Source: Octopus sinensis
Lineage: Eukaryota
NCBI RefSeq assembly: GCF_006345805.1
Contig: NC_043005.1
Location: 60,760,001-60,824,000, forward strand
Length of the DNA: 64,000 bases
Direction of reading: 5' to 3'
Both the position numbers and the translations under genes were made by a program. Below, piece after piece: positions 1 through 11,984 of the stretch (the stretch's first letter is position 1; each line of letters opens with the position of its first letter). The notes under the pieces are model-generated. The model was not told where the DNA came from, did not search any database, and saw only the letters and a program-made list of their open reading frames with translations.

Positions 1-4
1 CGTC

Positions 5-5
<1 letters not shown>

Positions 6-77
<72 letters not shown>

Positions 78-78
78 C

Positions 79-110
<32 letters not shown>

Positions 111-153
111 CATTATTATCATCATTATCATTATTATTATTATCATTATTATC

Positions 154-197
<44 letters not shown>

Positions 198-231
198 CAT
201 CATTATTATCATTATTATTATTATTATTATT
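6..231 (+). repeat. (ATT)n/(ATC)n trinucleotide microsatellite
   Basis: Continuous ATT units with interspersed ATC, read directly. Confidence 0.95.
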
Positions 232-1293
232 ACGCACACACACGCGTGTACAATTGGCACTAACGCACATGTTTTAGCACGTAATCACACGAACATAAAA
301 CTGATACACACGCAGCTAATAGATGCAGCTGACACATACACCCACATATCCGTACACAAAGTACACACCCACATGAGTGATATGCAGCGACACCCATATA
401 TACATACACAGAAACAAACGCGCACATACGAACCAACGAGTTAAAGCTTTCAGCTCTCGACCACACGTCAGCTTACACACTCGCGCACCCTGCCAGCCGC
501 ACGCATAACAGATATACACGCAGAAGCATCAGACGTCCGCATGTACTCAATCATACACACACACACACAGAAGCCATGTATCAGGTGTCCCCTAAGTCTC
601 TTTTAAAACAGGCCAACAGGAAAACGCATCAACTTCCTATAAAGCCACACGATCTGAGAGATTACCAATTTCATTGCATTTAGAGTCGCTGGAATATTGA
701 TCTTACTTCCGATTGTACCTTTAATAAATTAATCCGTTGAGTTTTGGTTGGTTAACTAAATATTTCAGTATATGCTATCTTCATCAGTGCGGTACAGGTT
801 CCGTAGCAAAAGGCATTAATTATCATTGCAAGTAGAAGAATCATTATCAACTACAGAAATTCAAAGTATCCCCGAGGGTATTATTGATGAGCACAATTAA
901 TCTTGCGATTGATGTGTTTTTTTTTTGTTTTTTTCTGATAAAATTACGCAAAAATAAATATCAACACCTTAAAGCATGTTTTAAGTGAAACTTTAAATTT
1001 AATTGAATGAGCGTTAGATGAGTGTTACGCATGTTTAGATTTACCAAAGTCCAATTCCAGCTAAACTATGATCAAAAGAATTTCAACCGTGAATATCTCC
1101 TAGGTTTCATAAGTATTGTGTATTTGGTATGATACGATATATGTTACGATATTTTTAATGTGGAGAGTCAAATAACACCAGATGTTGTTGTTATTTCTAG
1201 CTCGTCGATGGAACACGAATGAGCAACCACGTTGACCTGGTTTACACAGCAGTATTTCGTTCATAAAGAAACATTTATGATCTTCCAGAAATC

Positions 1294-1350
1294 TCAATGT
1301 AATTTTGGAAAAACATTATAAGCGTGCTCTTCCTTGGACTTCTCACTCAC
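1294..1350 (-). CDS. Candidate terminal coding exon (VSEKSKEEHAYNVFPKLH*), or a zero-length recursive splice site
   Basis: Minus strand tttaac...ttttatgtttctttttgttttattgcag|GTGAGTGAGAAG. Strong pyrimidine tract and CAG. Phase-0 frame is open for 18 codons to TGA at 1296-1294. No homology recognised. Confidence 0.3.
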   Translation of the reverse strand: MSEKSKEEHAYNVFPKLH

Positions 1351-1583
1351 CTGCAATAAAACAAAAAGAAACATAAAACGTTAAACACAAACAAAATAAA
1401 AATACCAATGTAAATGAATGTCATACTTCACATTTCTATGCATTCCTGAGAATAAAGGCAGATAAGATTTCTGGAAACTTAAACATTTGTTCAAGTATCA
1501 AAGTATTCAAATTCAAGCGTCAAAGGTATTAAAATTCCTATGATTCGATATATATATGTATATATGTATATATATATATATAT

Positions 1584-1678
<95 letters not shown>

Positions 1679-1749
1679 TGTCCTATAGGAAAATAATTGA
1701 AATACAGAATACCTCATTCACTGCACCAAATTAACAATGCGAATTTTCT

Positions 1750-3330
1750 TTGTTTACTTTAAGCGAAAAATGTCCAGAAAATACGATAAATTGATATTAG
1801 TGCGTATAGCGTTGTACGTTGTTTTTTTTCATATTGTTACTGTGATATTGTTTTAGGTTTATAGTTTTAGATATCGTTTTTATTGATTTGGGACATATTG
1901 TTATGAATCATTTTAGGTTTATGTTTTTATTCTGTCTAAATGGGGTTCGTCTTTTTGTGTTTAGTTTAAATTTTTGTGTGCTTTATTGGTGTTGAATTTT
2001 TTTTGTTCTCTATTGATGTCGCCAATACGCAAGTTTTAGTATCAGTGGTAATCGTACTAATTGCAATATTAGTAGTGGTAATTTTCGGTGATTTGGTATA
2101 AATATTGTTCTTGGCGTTGTTGTTTAGCCTCAGGCGCTGTCTAAACAAGCAGATCTGTGATCAAACGCAGAAAATTAATTTGATTATAACTCTGATCTTT
2201 CCAAACCTGTGATTTTTTCACCCGACCACGATGAGTAAGTAGCTTCTGAATTTGAAGAATTTTCTGTAAGATTTTTGCAGATTTGGCTGTTATTTTAGGA
2301 GATAGAATGACAGATGATAATCTCTTTGATACCGTTATTGATTGTGTTAGCATAATAATGGCAGACATGAATATGAGGAGGTGCAGTAGCAGGATGATGA
2401 AGACGATGGGGACAGTGATATTTACAACGATAATTGTCGAGGGAGTGATACGGGTCATGATTTTGTTTTGAGTAATATAGTGGTATTCTCTATATTGGTA
2501 ATGATTTTTGGCTGTGTTAATAGTAATTAAAAGCGGTACTATCGAGATATTCTAATAGATGAATAATTTTTATTTAATATTGGAACAATAAATCTTATCA
2601 AAGAAAGTGTTCCAATAATTATTTTAGGAGGAATCATATTACTTAAATGGTATAGTTACTTGTCAGTACAGTGGGTTTTATTTATTCATTTTTTCTATTG
2701 ACTTCTATTTTGTAACGAAAATCAAAATTTTGTTTTTGAAATTGGTAGCGATTTTTTGACGAGAGGTTACGAAAATTTGTAGATTCTGTATGAATCATAT
2801 TGATGAATTCATTTTTCATCTATTGCTTATTGATTTCCTACAGTAAACATTATTTGGATGAAAATCTATACATTGAATAAATACTGATGGCATCGTAGAA
2901 GCATATGAGGAAATTTATTTTCTATATTATTGTTATGTGTATTTTACTTTCCTCGTCATAAAATAAAACAGCAATAATCTCTGCATAACTTTGAAATATC
3001 TCGCAATAGGTTTAAAAAAATACAATGTTGCAAGATGTATCACGGAATACTAGTAGAGTGATATTCCACCTTTACTACATAAAAATACATGCATTATGCT
3101 TAAAGTCTACTAAAACATACAATATTGATGTATTCATAGGGTAACTGGAAAATTCTTTTCGATAGATATATTACATTTTTCTGCCTATAAATTTGGTCGT
3201 GGTTAGCATTTCTAGAATCGATTAAATAAGTAGCAACCATGTACATAACTATAACTTCCTGTGAAGATCATAATATTATTCCAGGTTCTGTTAGAAATCA
3301 TTGTAGTTATAGCTATTGCTAGTCCTTCGT
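1750..3330 (-). mobile_element. Highly degenerate Penelope-like element (RT C-terminus, low-complexity linker, EN remnant)
   Basis: Stop-riddled minus frame reads ...LLLFYF...Q*YRK*ISS...CIDFHPNN...VTIPFK. This resembles the PLE RT thumb order FLD..VYRK.T..YI.F.S.HP followed by the IPY/F motif. Boundaries approximate. Confidence 0.55.
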
Positions 3331-4303
3331 TTTCTTATATTTTATATAGCATAATATTTGTGCAGTAGCTGCTACATATATTCATTATATAACACACGCA
3401 AATGCACATACATATACACACACGAGCACGCGCACACATACACATAAACATATATATATTAATACGATAATACGATCCGGGGATCCAAGTGTACGAAGTT
3501 GGTTAGCTTCAGGCCATGTGTGGCAAGTATTCAGAAGAAAGTAGATCAGTATACGATGAGAAAAAACGATTTGTTAGCATCGGAAGTTACACACCTTTTC
3601 CTATATCCAAATTGTGAAGAAACTCAATAGAGCTAACACTTAATACCTAGAGCTGTTACTAATGCGAATCAAAATCCAAATTGAAGGAGTGGAACAAGTA
3701 TAATGCACACTACCTATGCTTCTTAGCTATCTGATGATCGTTATCAAATTGTTATGCAATGAGCTATGCTCAACGTTGTTAATCATCCGGCTAATATTAC
3801 CTTAATGAAAGGAAGGTTACCTCGTCGCGTTGGTGAGTTTAACTGAATTACGAAGCCAGTAATATGATATATAAAATAACAATCAAAATTTAAATAAACA
3901 ACTGAGTCAAGAAGCACGTCAAGAGAACAAATGATGCATAGGGTGAGACCCATAATATGCAAGAGTAGGTGTGGTTTACATGTGAAGAGAGGAAAAAATA
4001 GAAACAGAAGGGAAAAGAGAAGAATGAAATAAGAGAAAATAATGGTTAGCGTTGAGGGGAAACTATTTCATTCATAATTTTCCATCAAAGAGCTGCGACG
4101 AGTAATTTTGCCGACCACCGGAATCCTGTTGTCCAATTCAATACGTTTAGGCCATTATGTAGGTCGATAGGGCAAAATTCCAGCCATTTCATCTTGAAGT
4201 ACATCTGCTCCTTATTTTATTACATGCCGATAGATAGTTAATATTGTTTTAGTATATATGCAAAAGACATGAAAAATAAAAACATTTACCATCTAATTCA
4301 ATT

Positions 4304-4370
4304 CCCGGACCATGGTTTCTGACTTATTTCAGTAAAATAAAATTTACTGAGGCCGTCTTCTTCATCAGGT
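4304..4370 (-). ncRNA. Minimal type I hammerhead ribozyme-like motif (left arm, GUC site, C3 altered)
   Basis: Minus strand acctg-aTGAAGA-A-GAC...GTC-a-GAAA-CC-AT-GG-TC-CGGG. Confidence 0.5.
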
Positions 4371-4385
4371 AGTCTTAGATTAAAT

Positions 4386-4466
4386 ATACACGATAAATGT
4401 ACACGATATTTTATACACGATAAATGTACACGATATTATATACACGATAAATGTACACGATATTTT
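4386..4466 (+). repeat. 3 x 27-bp tandem repeat (atacacgataaatgtacacgatatt(t/a)t)
   Basis: Units start at 4386, 4413 and 4440, at the inner end of the left inverted-repeat arm. Confidence 0.9.
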
Positions 4467-4728
4467 ATATGAATAATATATAGTTTATTGACTATTTTTT
4501 TTTTTGCGCTAGACTGCTGGTAGTAAAAACTTCTATAATCTTATTACCCTGATATTATTTATTATGTTTAATGATTTTGGGTAAATTTGTTTGAGGTTTT
4601 ACCAGCATCCTCTCCGTTGCCAACAATAGACTGCGACAGCGCAGTGGATTTGAAAAAAATTAGATTGTACAAACAATGAGTTTACATACTGAATTGATCT
4701 CATTGTGTGTATATTTAATCTAAGACTA

Positions 4729-4794
4729 CCCGCTGAAGAAGACGGTCTCAGTAAATTTTGCTTTACTGAAATAAGTCAGAAACCATGGTTCGGG
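4729..4794 (+). ncRNA. Minimal type I hammerhead ribozyme-like motif (right arm, intact CUGAAGA core, GUU site)
   Basis: CCCG(4729-32) CTGAAGA(4733-39) A GAC...GTC(4775-77) a GAAA(4779-82) CC-AT-GG T T CGGG(4791-94). Stem I is CCCG/CGGG. Stem III is the palindrome ACCATGGT. Confidence 0.6.
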
Positions 4795-6309
4795 AATTTA
4801 ATTAGATGGTAAATGTATTTATTTTTCATTCCCTTCGAGAATTTATAGACCTAAATAAAAACTTTTTTAATCTACACTATGCTGTTGAGTGATGTTTCTT
4901 CTGATAGTCAACACTAAACGGGCACACACACACGCGTGCGCGCGTTCACATATATATTCGCATACACATAGACGGACGGCCACACAGACACGGAAAAATA
5001 AGTAGAAAGGGAATAACAGCAATCAGGACACCCTATTTAATCATCGTTTAAAAGATGACCCTGTGCCTCAATATATTATTTCGGATTTATTAAAGATGAA
5101 TCTAAACGACTACCTTTGCCCAATGTAAAGCATTCATCATAGTAAGCAAACATGGAAGCTGGAATTACATGGTTCACTTTTCATTCAAATCCTCCCAATG
5201 TTTGTTAGCTTAACAGCATGCTCTACATTTGTGATGATACAACATAACTGACCGATGCATTTGTGGTTATGTACAGTGATTTAGTTGAAGTAAATATGAG
5301 AGTGTACCTGTGTTAGTGTGTGTATATGTATGTGTGCGTGTTTGTTCTCGTGTACGTGCAGTAGTAGGAAAATTTGAATAAAAATATGCACTATTGCCGT
5401 CATAATAAGTTAGAAACTTGGCGAATGTAAAATGATTTCGGGGACAGTGAATCTGGAAGCAGTTAAGCAAGGAAAAATTATTTAAATAGTGGGTAACAAA
5501 CCACTTCGGTTAGATAAAAATTTCTCGTGGGAAAATGAATATGAGGGTTCGTCTTCCACTTCAATCATTTCTCTCCAAAAGGATTTGCAACCCGATATTT
5601 ACACGAGATATTATAGCATTATCTGCTTCGAAACCCATCGCTCCTAAAATATATACATACATAGACACATATTCCTCGGGTGTTCCGATTTGAAGAAAAG
5701 GATAAGAGAATTTCTGTTGCCGGTGTGTGCGGGGGTAGTGGAGGAGAGATAAAAAATGTCTTCTCCCCCTGCACAAGGCTCTTTCTCTTTACAAGCAAGT
5801 TATATGTCTGCTATGTTAGATACTTCATTTATTTATATGAGATTATACAAGTTAATTTATTAACAATTATTTATTTCTTGGTTTAGTTTATACAATATAT
5901 ATCAGTGTATATGATTTACGAACTTATGATAGTATGTTTCTTACGTTTTATTTATTTGTGTCACTGTTTTTTTCCTATATCATTGACGATGGATTTCTCT
6001 TACAAGGCGGTTGCCAGAGAGTACTTCCTTGTGATAAAACCAAGAGCGGCAGACATTTTCATTTAAGAAAACCACAAACTTGTTACAGCTAAAGTCCACG
6101 GCGACAGAAGCGCCCATCAAGTAATACCACTAATTTTGCAGGAAGAATTTTGGCTGCTACTGGTACCACAATTAATTTTGATTCCTATGATGAATGAGCG
6201 TTAACTATTATATACACACATGCACACTCGCACACACATACACACACTCACAAACACATATATATTCATATGTATTTTATATGTGTGCGTGAGTGTATGT
6301 GCATGTTTG

Positions 6310-6510
6310 TGTTTTAGGGCTTGTGTGTGTCCCATTTCCACTTAACAGATGATATTGGGTTGTTTAGTCCCTAATTTATCAGTGTAGCAAAAGTGAAGTA
6401 TAGAATAAGAAACAAAATTATAAGTTAGCACTGGGGTCGATTTGTTGGATGAAACCTCTATAGCGTGGTGACCTAATATGGCCGCATTACTAACTGAAAC
6501 AAGTAAAATA
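6310..6510 (+). mobile_element. Degenerate 3' half of SINE family A
   Basis: Contains ctggggtcgattt...atggccgca...actgaaacaagtaaaa, as in the copies at 8981 and 21650. Confidence 0.5.
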
Positions 6511-8628
6511 TAAACAGAATAATAGTTTGTTTTTTGTTGTCTTTTTTTCATTCCGTAATATACATTGGGTTTTTTCATTTATACATTTGTAATTTATACT
6601 CCGGAAAGAAGCATATGATTTGACTAATTCCCAACCATATTAGACAATATTTGCTAAGAGTGTTTGACACTTTTAAAGGTAGTGACCCTCTCTTAAAGAA
6701 TGGAAATCACATTCTTATAAAATAGAATATCTCGTTGTCAATATCAATTTTATTTTATTGTACTTATCTAATATTGTACAATATGTTAGGTTATTTTGTT
6801 CGTTTATAGAATATAAGTGTTATAAAAACATGCATATATCTATGTACACATGTATGTATGTACGTGTGTGTGTTGAGTGTGTGAGTATCCAGGAAGAAAG
6901 AGGCATAAAACAAAGGATGTGTACGCTAACAACGTATTGCATCACAGAAAATTTCAACTGAATTCTCTAAATTTGAATTTAAGTCATTCCTCTTTACATT
7001 AAATCTCAGTCTTAGGTGCCTAATTTGACGAGAGAAAGATTGAGGAGAGAAAGATATCAGGAGCATCAATCCTAGCTATATAAATTTAAACTCAAGTATT
7101 TTCCTTTAATTCATATCCGTGATTATTTTTTCAATGAGTTATTGTTTATGATTAGAAAACTAACAATAAGGTGGGAAAAGAATACTAATTGGTGGAGAGA
7201 AAGGATAATTCCAGAGATGACAAATTAATTTCGTACTGACAAAATGATAGTTAATGATTAATGGAACAATCTTACCTTTATTAGCAGGGATTATCGCTAA
7301 TATGGAAATATTTTATTATGTTTAAAACTTTTCAGCCACGTGTAATCTTTCCTAAGCCTTGCCGATTCGAAGTCATAGAATTTTGGAAGTAGGAAAAAAT
7401 GTTATAAAACATTTTTGTCATTTTCCTAATTAAAGAAACTCAAGCAAAGCAAAGACAAATAAAATTAGTGAGTTGAAGACATGAGTTTATATAAATGGCG
7501 TATGGAATGGTGCATTCAATTGGTTTTACCAAGTTTATTTGAGACGGATATAAATGTTGACCAGCCTAAAGAGAGAGTGAGAATGATCTCACAAATTGAC
7601 GCATATAGCAACAAAATGCTTTTTACATCACATCACGTCTGTTTAGAAAAGACTAGCACATTATAAAGGAATTCAGAGACTGCTCTCTTTGACAGAAAAT
7701 TTTAAGAATGGCACGATTGGAATTTATTTGATTATAGATATGCGCCTGCGCCGTCAGAATTTACTTGAGTCGCTACGAGAGCATTTAATATTTGAAAAAC
7801 CTTCACTAAACGTATCGAAATATTTCATTTTCATTTTTCACTACTTTCGATAAACTATTGAAAATAATTTTGCAAAAATGATACGTGTGTATATGCTTGC
7901 ATGGTTGTGTAAACATATATGCATATAAAGGTATGCAAATGTGTGTGCGCATGTGTGTGCGTATGCGTGTGTGTGTTGCATATAGATGTATACTCGTATG
8001 TATATGTTAATGCATATTATACGTCAGCCTCATTATAATTATGAAACAATAGATTGGAAATTATTATTTGCCCGTAAGGTTAGTTTGCTGCTTTACCGGG
8101 GGCTTATTTCTGTGAAACTGCGTGTGATAACTGGCATTTAATTAAATTGTAGTAATTAAAAGTGACTGCGGGCATGGCGCAATTGAAAAACGAATTTATA
8201 ATCAAAATTACTTTAGACGAAATTTCAGTCTTGCAGATTAATTTTCAGAATCAACAATGCACAACCCTAACCGACAGGGCCACAAATGCGACATGAAATT
8301 TACCTGCGCGATATTAAATTTTATCGCGATCATTATATTTTTATTACAAATTTCTACGCTGCCTTTTATATAATATTTATTTCCAATATTCTTTAACTTC
8401 ATTCCTTGCAGTTTCGATAATCTTCCTTCTCTTTTCTTCTAAACATGCTGTTTTCCTCGCGCTTGCCGCTCCCTTACTATTTGTGTGTGTATATTCGTGT
8501 GTGTATGTGTATATATATTAATATATAGAGAATACACGCAAAAATGTATACATCTATTGTTATACTTGCATATACATAGACATAAGTATAATGTGTAACC
8601 TAGATAAATAGATAGCTAAGATACATAT

Positions 8629-8629
<1 letters not shown>

Positions 8630-8707
<78 letters not shown>

Positions 8708-8728
8708 TACACATACACGTGGATGGGT

Positions 8729-8756
<28 letters not shown>
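8630..8756 (+). repeat. (GATA)n followed by (GGAT)n
   Basis: Read directly. Confidence 0.95.
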
Positions 8757-8759
<3 letters not shown>

Positions 8760-8980
8760 CTTTCACATATGTGACCTGCCAATTTTAATATCTAATAGAA
8801 AATTTCAGGAAATTCTTTCTACTTTAGAAACAATCTACGAGATTTGAAATCAGTCATACAAATGCCAAGCTTGAATCCCTTCTCTCTTCCTCGACTTTTG
8901 CAAATTTCTACCTATCAAAAATAATGAAAAGGTTTTATATAATTTTTATATTCTCTTGACTGAATCCTGTTTCTCTCCTT

Positions 8981-9122
8981 TCAGGTAAAACGCTTGCTTA
9001 CCAACCATATGGTTCGGGGTTCAGTCCTACTGCGTGGCACCTTAGGGAAGTGTTTTCTACTATATCATCCGGCCGAACAAATCCTTGTGAGGGGATTTGG
9101 TAGACGGGAACAGAAGAAGTCC

Positions 9123-9181
<59 letters not shown>

Positions 9182-9402
9182 TGATGTGTGTGTGTCTTTG
9201 TGTCTATGTTCCCCACAACCACTATCACCTGACAACAGATGTGGTTGTGTTTATGTCCCCGAAACTCAACGGTTTGACAAAAGAAACCGATAGAATAAGT
9301 ACTAAGCCTAAAAAGAATAAGTCTTGGGGTCGAATTTTTCGACTAAAGTCGGTTTCCAGCATGGCCACATTCAAATGACTAAAACATGTAAAAAGAATAA
9401 AA
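8981..9402 (+). mobile_element. tRNA-headed SINE family A with internal (TA)n(TG)n microsatellite, slightly 5' truncated
   Basis: gcttgcttaccaaccatatggttcggggttcagtcc B-box-like head. Colinear with the copies at 21650 and 57030. A-rich tail. Confidence 0.85.
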
Positions 9403-9698
<296 letters not shown>

Positions 9699-11043
9699 TG
9701 CTGTTGTCGTCGTCTTTGTTCCTTTTGCTGTTGCCGATGTTGTTGTTGTTGTGTGTGTGTTTGCGAGGAAGACAGTGAATGTAACACACTTGTCTTATTT
9801 CTAATCTTTATTGTCAATAGAGAAATATCGGTTTCTAACTTAGATCGAATGTTCTTTCATTAGAATTTCAATAACATCTACAGGTTAATTGTGTATGTTT
9901 GTGTGCATGTGTGCAATTTTTTTTCCTCTCTAGTTTCAGCTCAGAGCTGCGGCCATGCTGATGCACCACCGTTGTTATTATTAGTAATGAATGCATATCT
10001 GTATCTGTATTCTTGTTTTACGTCTGAATACTCATACGTATATTTTCACGTCTAAACACATACACAAGAACTTATATTGTTAAACTTTTGGAAAGTTATA
10101 CATATTTTTAGTTCCATTGGTAGCTTCGGAAGCTTATAACTATAGTATTCTAATTAGCTATCTCATTTCTGGTTTTGAGAAACTTAATTTCTCAAGACGC
10201 TGAGACAGTATGTTACATATACAAATGCTGACGCTGTTTATTATACATAATTTCTGGTGCTGTTTGTTACTTATATAAGCGTACATATATAAATCTAAAC
10301 TTGCAATCGGAGTGTAGTATATGTAAATTTCTCAACAGCCCAGCAAAGGCATTTCCTTTTTTCTGATCTTTAGCATTATGTTGGCTAATGCTCCTCAGCA
10401 GATTTCCACAAGTGGACATAGTTTCTCTACTCTCTGCCAGTTGTTTATATCTGATCCGTTGTGTTTGTGTTCTATTTTTCCCAGGGATATACCAACCATA
10501 TTTTTTCATATTATAAGTGATCGTGGTCTCTACCGCTATGAAGGTTCTTATATATTTGATTTCAGCATTATCCTTCCGACAAATGTCACTTTGCACAGGT
10601 TTTGGCCACAGATAACAAAATGGCATTTTCGGAGGACTTTTGTGATGTAATAATTGTTAATTCTCCGGTCTAAAAAATAATTAATGTGCATCGTTCGGAA
10701 TGTTAGCGTTCCAGAAAACACAAATTCAGGTTATTGTAACCAAACTGTAAACAGAACAGTCCCGTGGCAACACAAAATTCCTAACGACAAGCTCGAACCT
10801 GCGCACTTTCAGAGAGCATATTATAAATAATAACTGGATACAACTATATAATTCTAATATATATGTAAATTGCTTTGTCTTTGAACATCTGCAATCATTT
10901 TTGCACAACCTTTCGCTTTCTATCCGTAAATGTATGCAAATACACATACTCACACTCAGTCATATATAATTATGCAAGTGTGTATGTATATATATATATT
11001 CATACGTGAGTGTTTGTGCATGTGTGTACATGTATATGTACAT

Positions 11044-11044
11044 A

Positions 11045-11098
<54 letters not shown>

Positions 11099-11155
11099 TA
11101 TTATTATTATTATTATTACTACTATTATTATTATTATTATTATTATTACTATTAC

Positions 11156-11204
<49 letters not shown>

Positions 11205-11322
11205 ACTATTATTATTATTATTATTAACATGATCATGATGGTGAGGATACAAATAATAATGCTCATGATCATAATAATGAATAATAATAATATTAATAAT
11301 AATAATGATGATAATAATAACG

Positions 11323-11353
<31 letters not shown>

Positions 11354-11371
11354 TAATAATAATAAAAATAA

Positions 11372-11450
<79 letters not shown>
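11044..11450. repeat. Head-to-head (ATT)n (about 11044-11226) and (AAT)n (about 11252-11450) arrays
   Basis: Complementary trinucleotide arrays separated by a short spacer. Confidence 0.9.
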
Positions 11451-11451
<1 letters not shown>

Positions 11452-11818
11452 GAAGATGGCGGCGGCTATGGATTTGGGTAAAAGGTAAAGACGAAACCAC
11501 ACGTAAGTGACTATAATATAAATGATAAGCTTGAAAGAAATTTGATGAGATGCCTACACTTCAGGGTGTTTCTTGTTAATATACTACAACAATTGTGCTT
11601 AATTGGCAGGGATGATCTTCCCAGTATTTCTGATGTACTTCACTAATTGAGTGGTTCCAGAGTATTCTCAAATTTAATAATTATTAGCAATGAGAGGATT
11701 TAGTTACGTAACGCTTTGATATATACTCACAACCTAATATGCATATAATAATCGTGAAATACATATATTCATATATACAAAATAGAAACACACACACATA
11801 TTATCCATACATGTACAC

Positions 11819-11872
<54 letters not shown>

Positions 11873-11879
<7 letters not shown>

Positions 11880-11984
11880 TTATACAGATAGATGTATTGA
11901 TAGATACATGGATAGATATGTGTATATATATACACACAGATTATACAGATATATATATTGATAGATACATGGATAGATATGTGT
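11873..11984 (+). repeat. 61-bp tandem duplication
   Basis: acacagattatacagata...gatagatacatggatagatatgtgt starts at 11873 and again at 11934. Confidence 0.85.

Larger units (their letters stand above)
4269..4829. repeat. 123-bp inverted repeat (arms 4269-4391 and 4707-4829), probably an inverted PLE pseudo-LTR pair
   Basis: Manual alignment of the left arm with the reverse complement of the right arm gives 8 mismatches in about 123 nt. Spacer about 315 bp. Confidence 0.9.

Noticed and set aside
3727-3832. Plus-strand exon-like segment ending TTG|GTGAGT
   Set aside because: All three frames contain a stop and there is no supporting context. At most non-coding.
7276-7425. 150-nt minus-strand segment with AAG|GTAAGA donor
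   Set aside because: All three frames are closed.
8961-8990. Plus-strand tttcag|GTAAAA ratchet-like site
   Set aside because: The GTAA comes from the truncated SINE-A head and the donor is weak.
10267-10650. 119-aa and 90-aa overlapping ORFs
   Set aside because: No recognisable host protein or splice context. Weak mariner-like traces (KYG.W.IP, TC.NLL) suggest a TE remnant.
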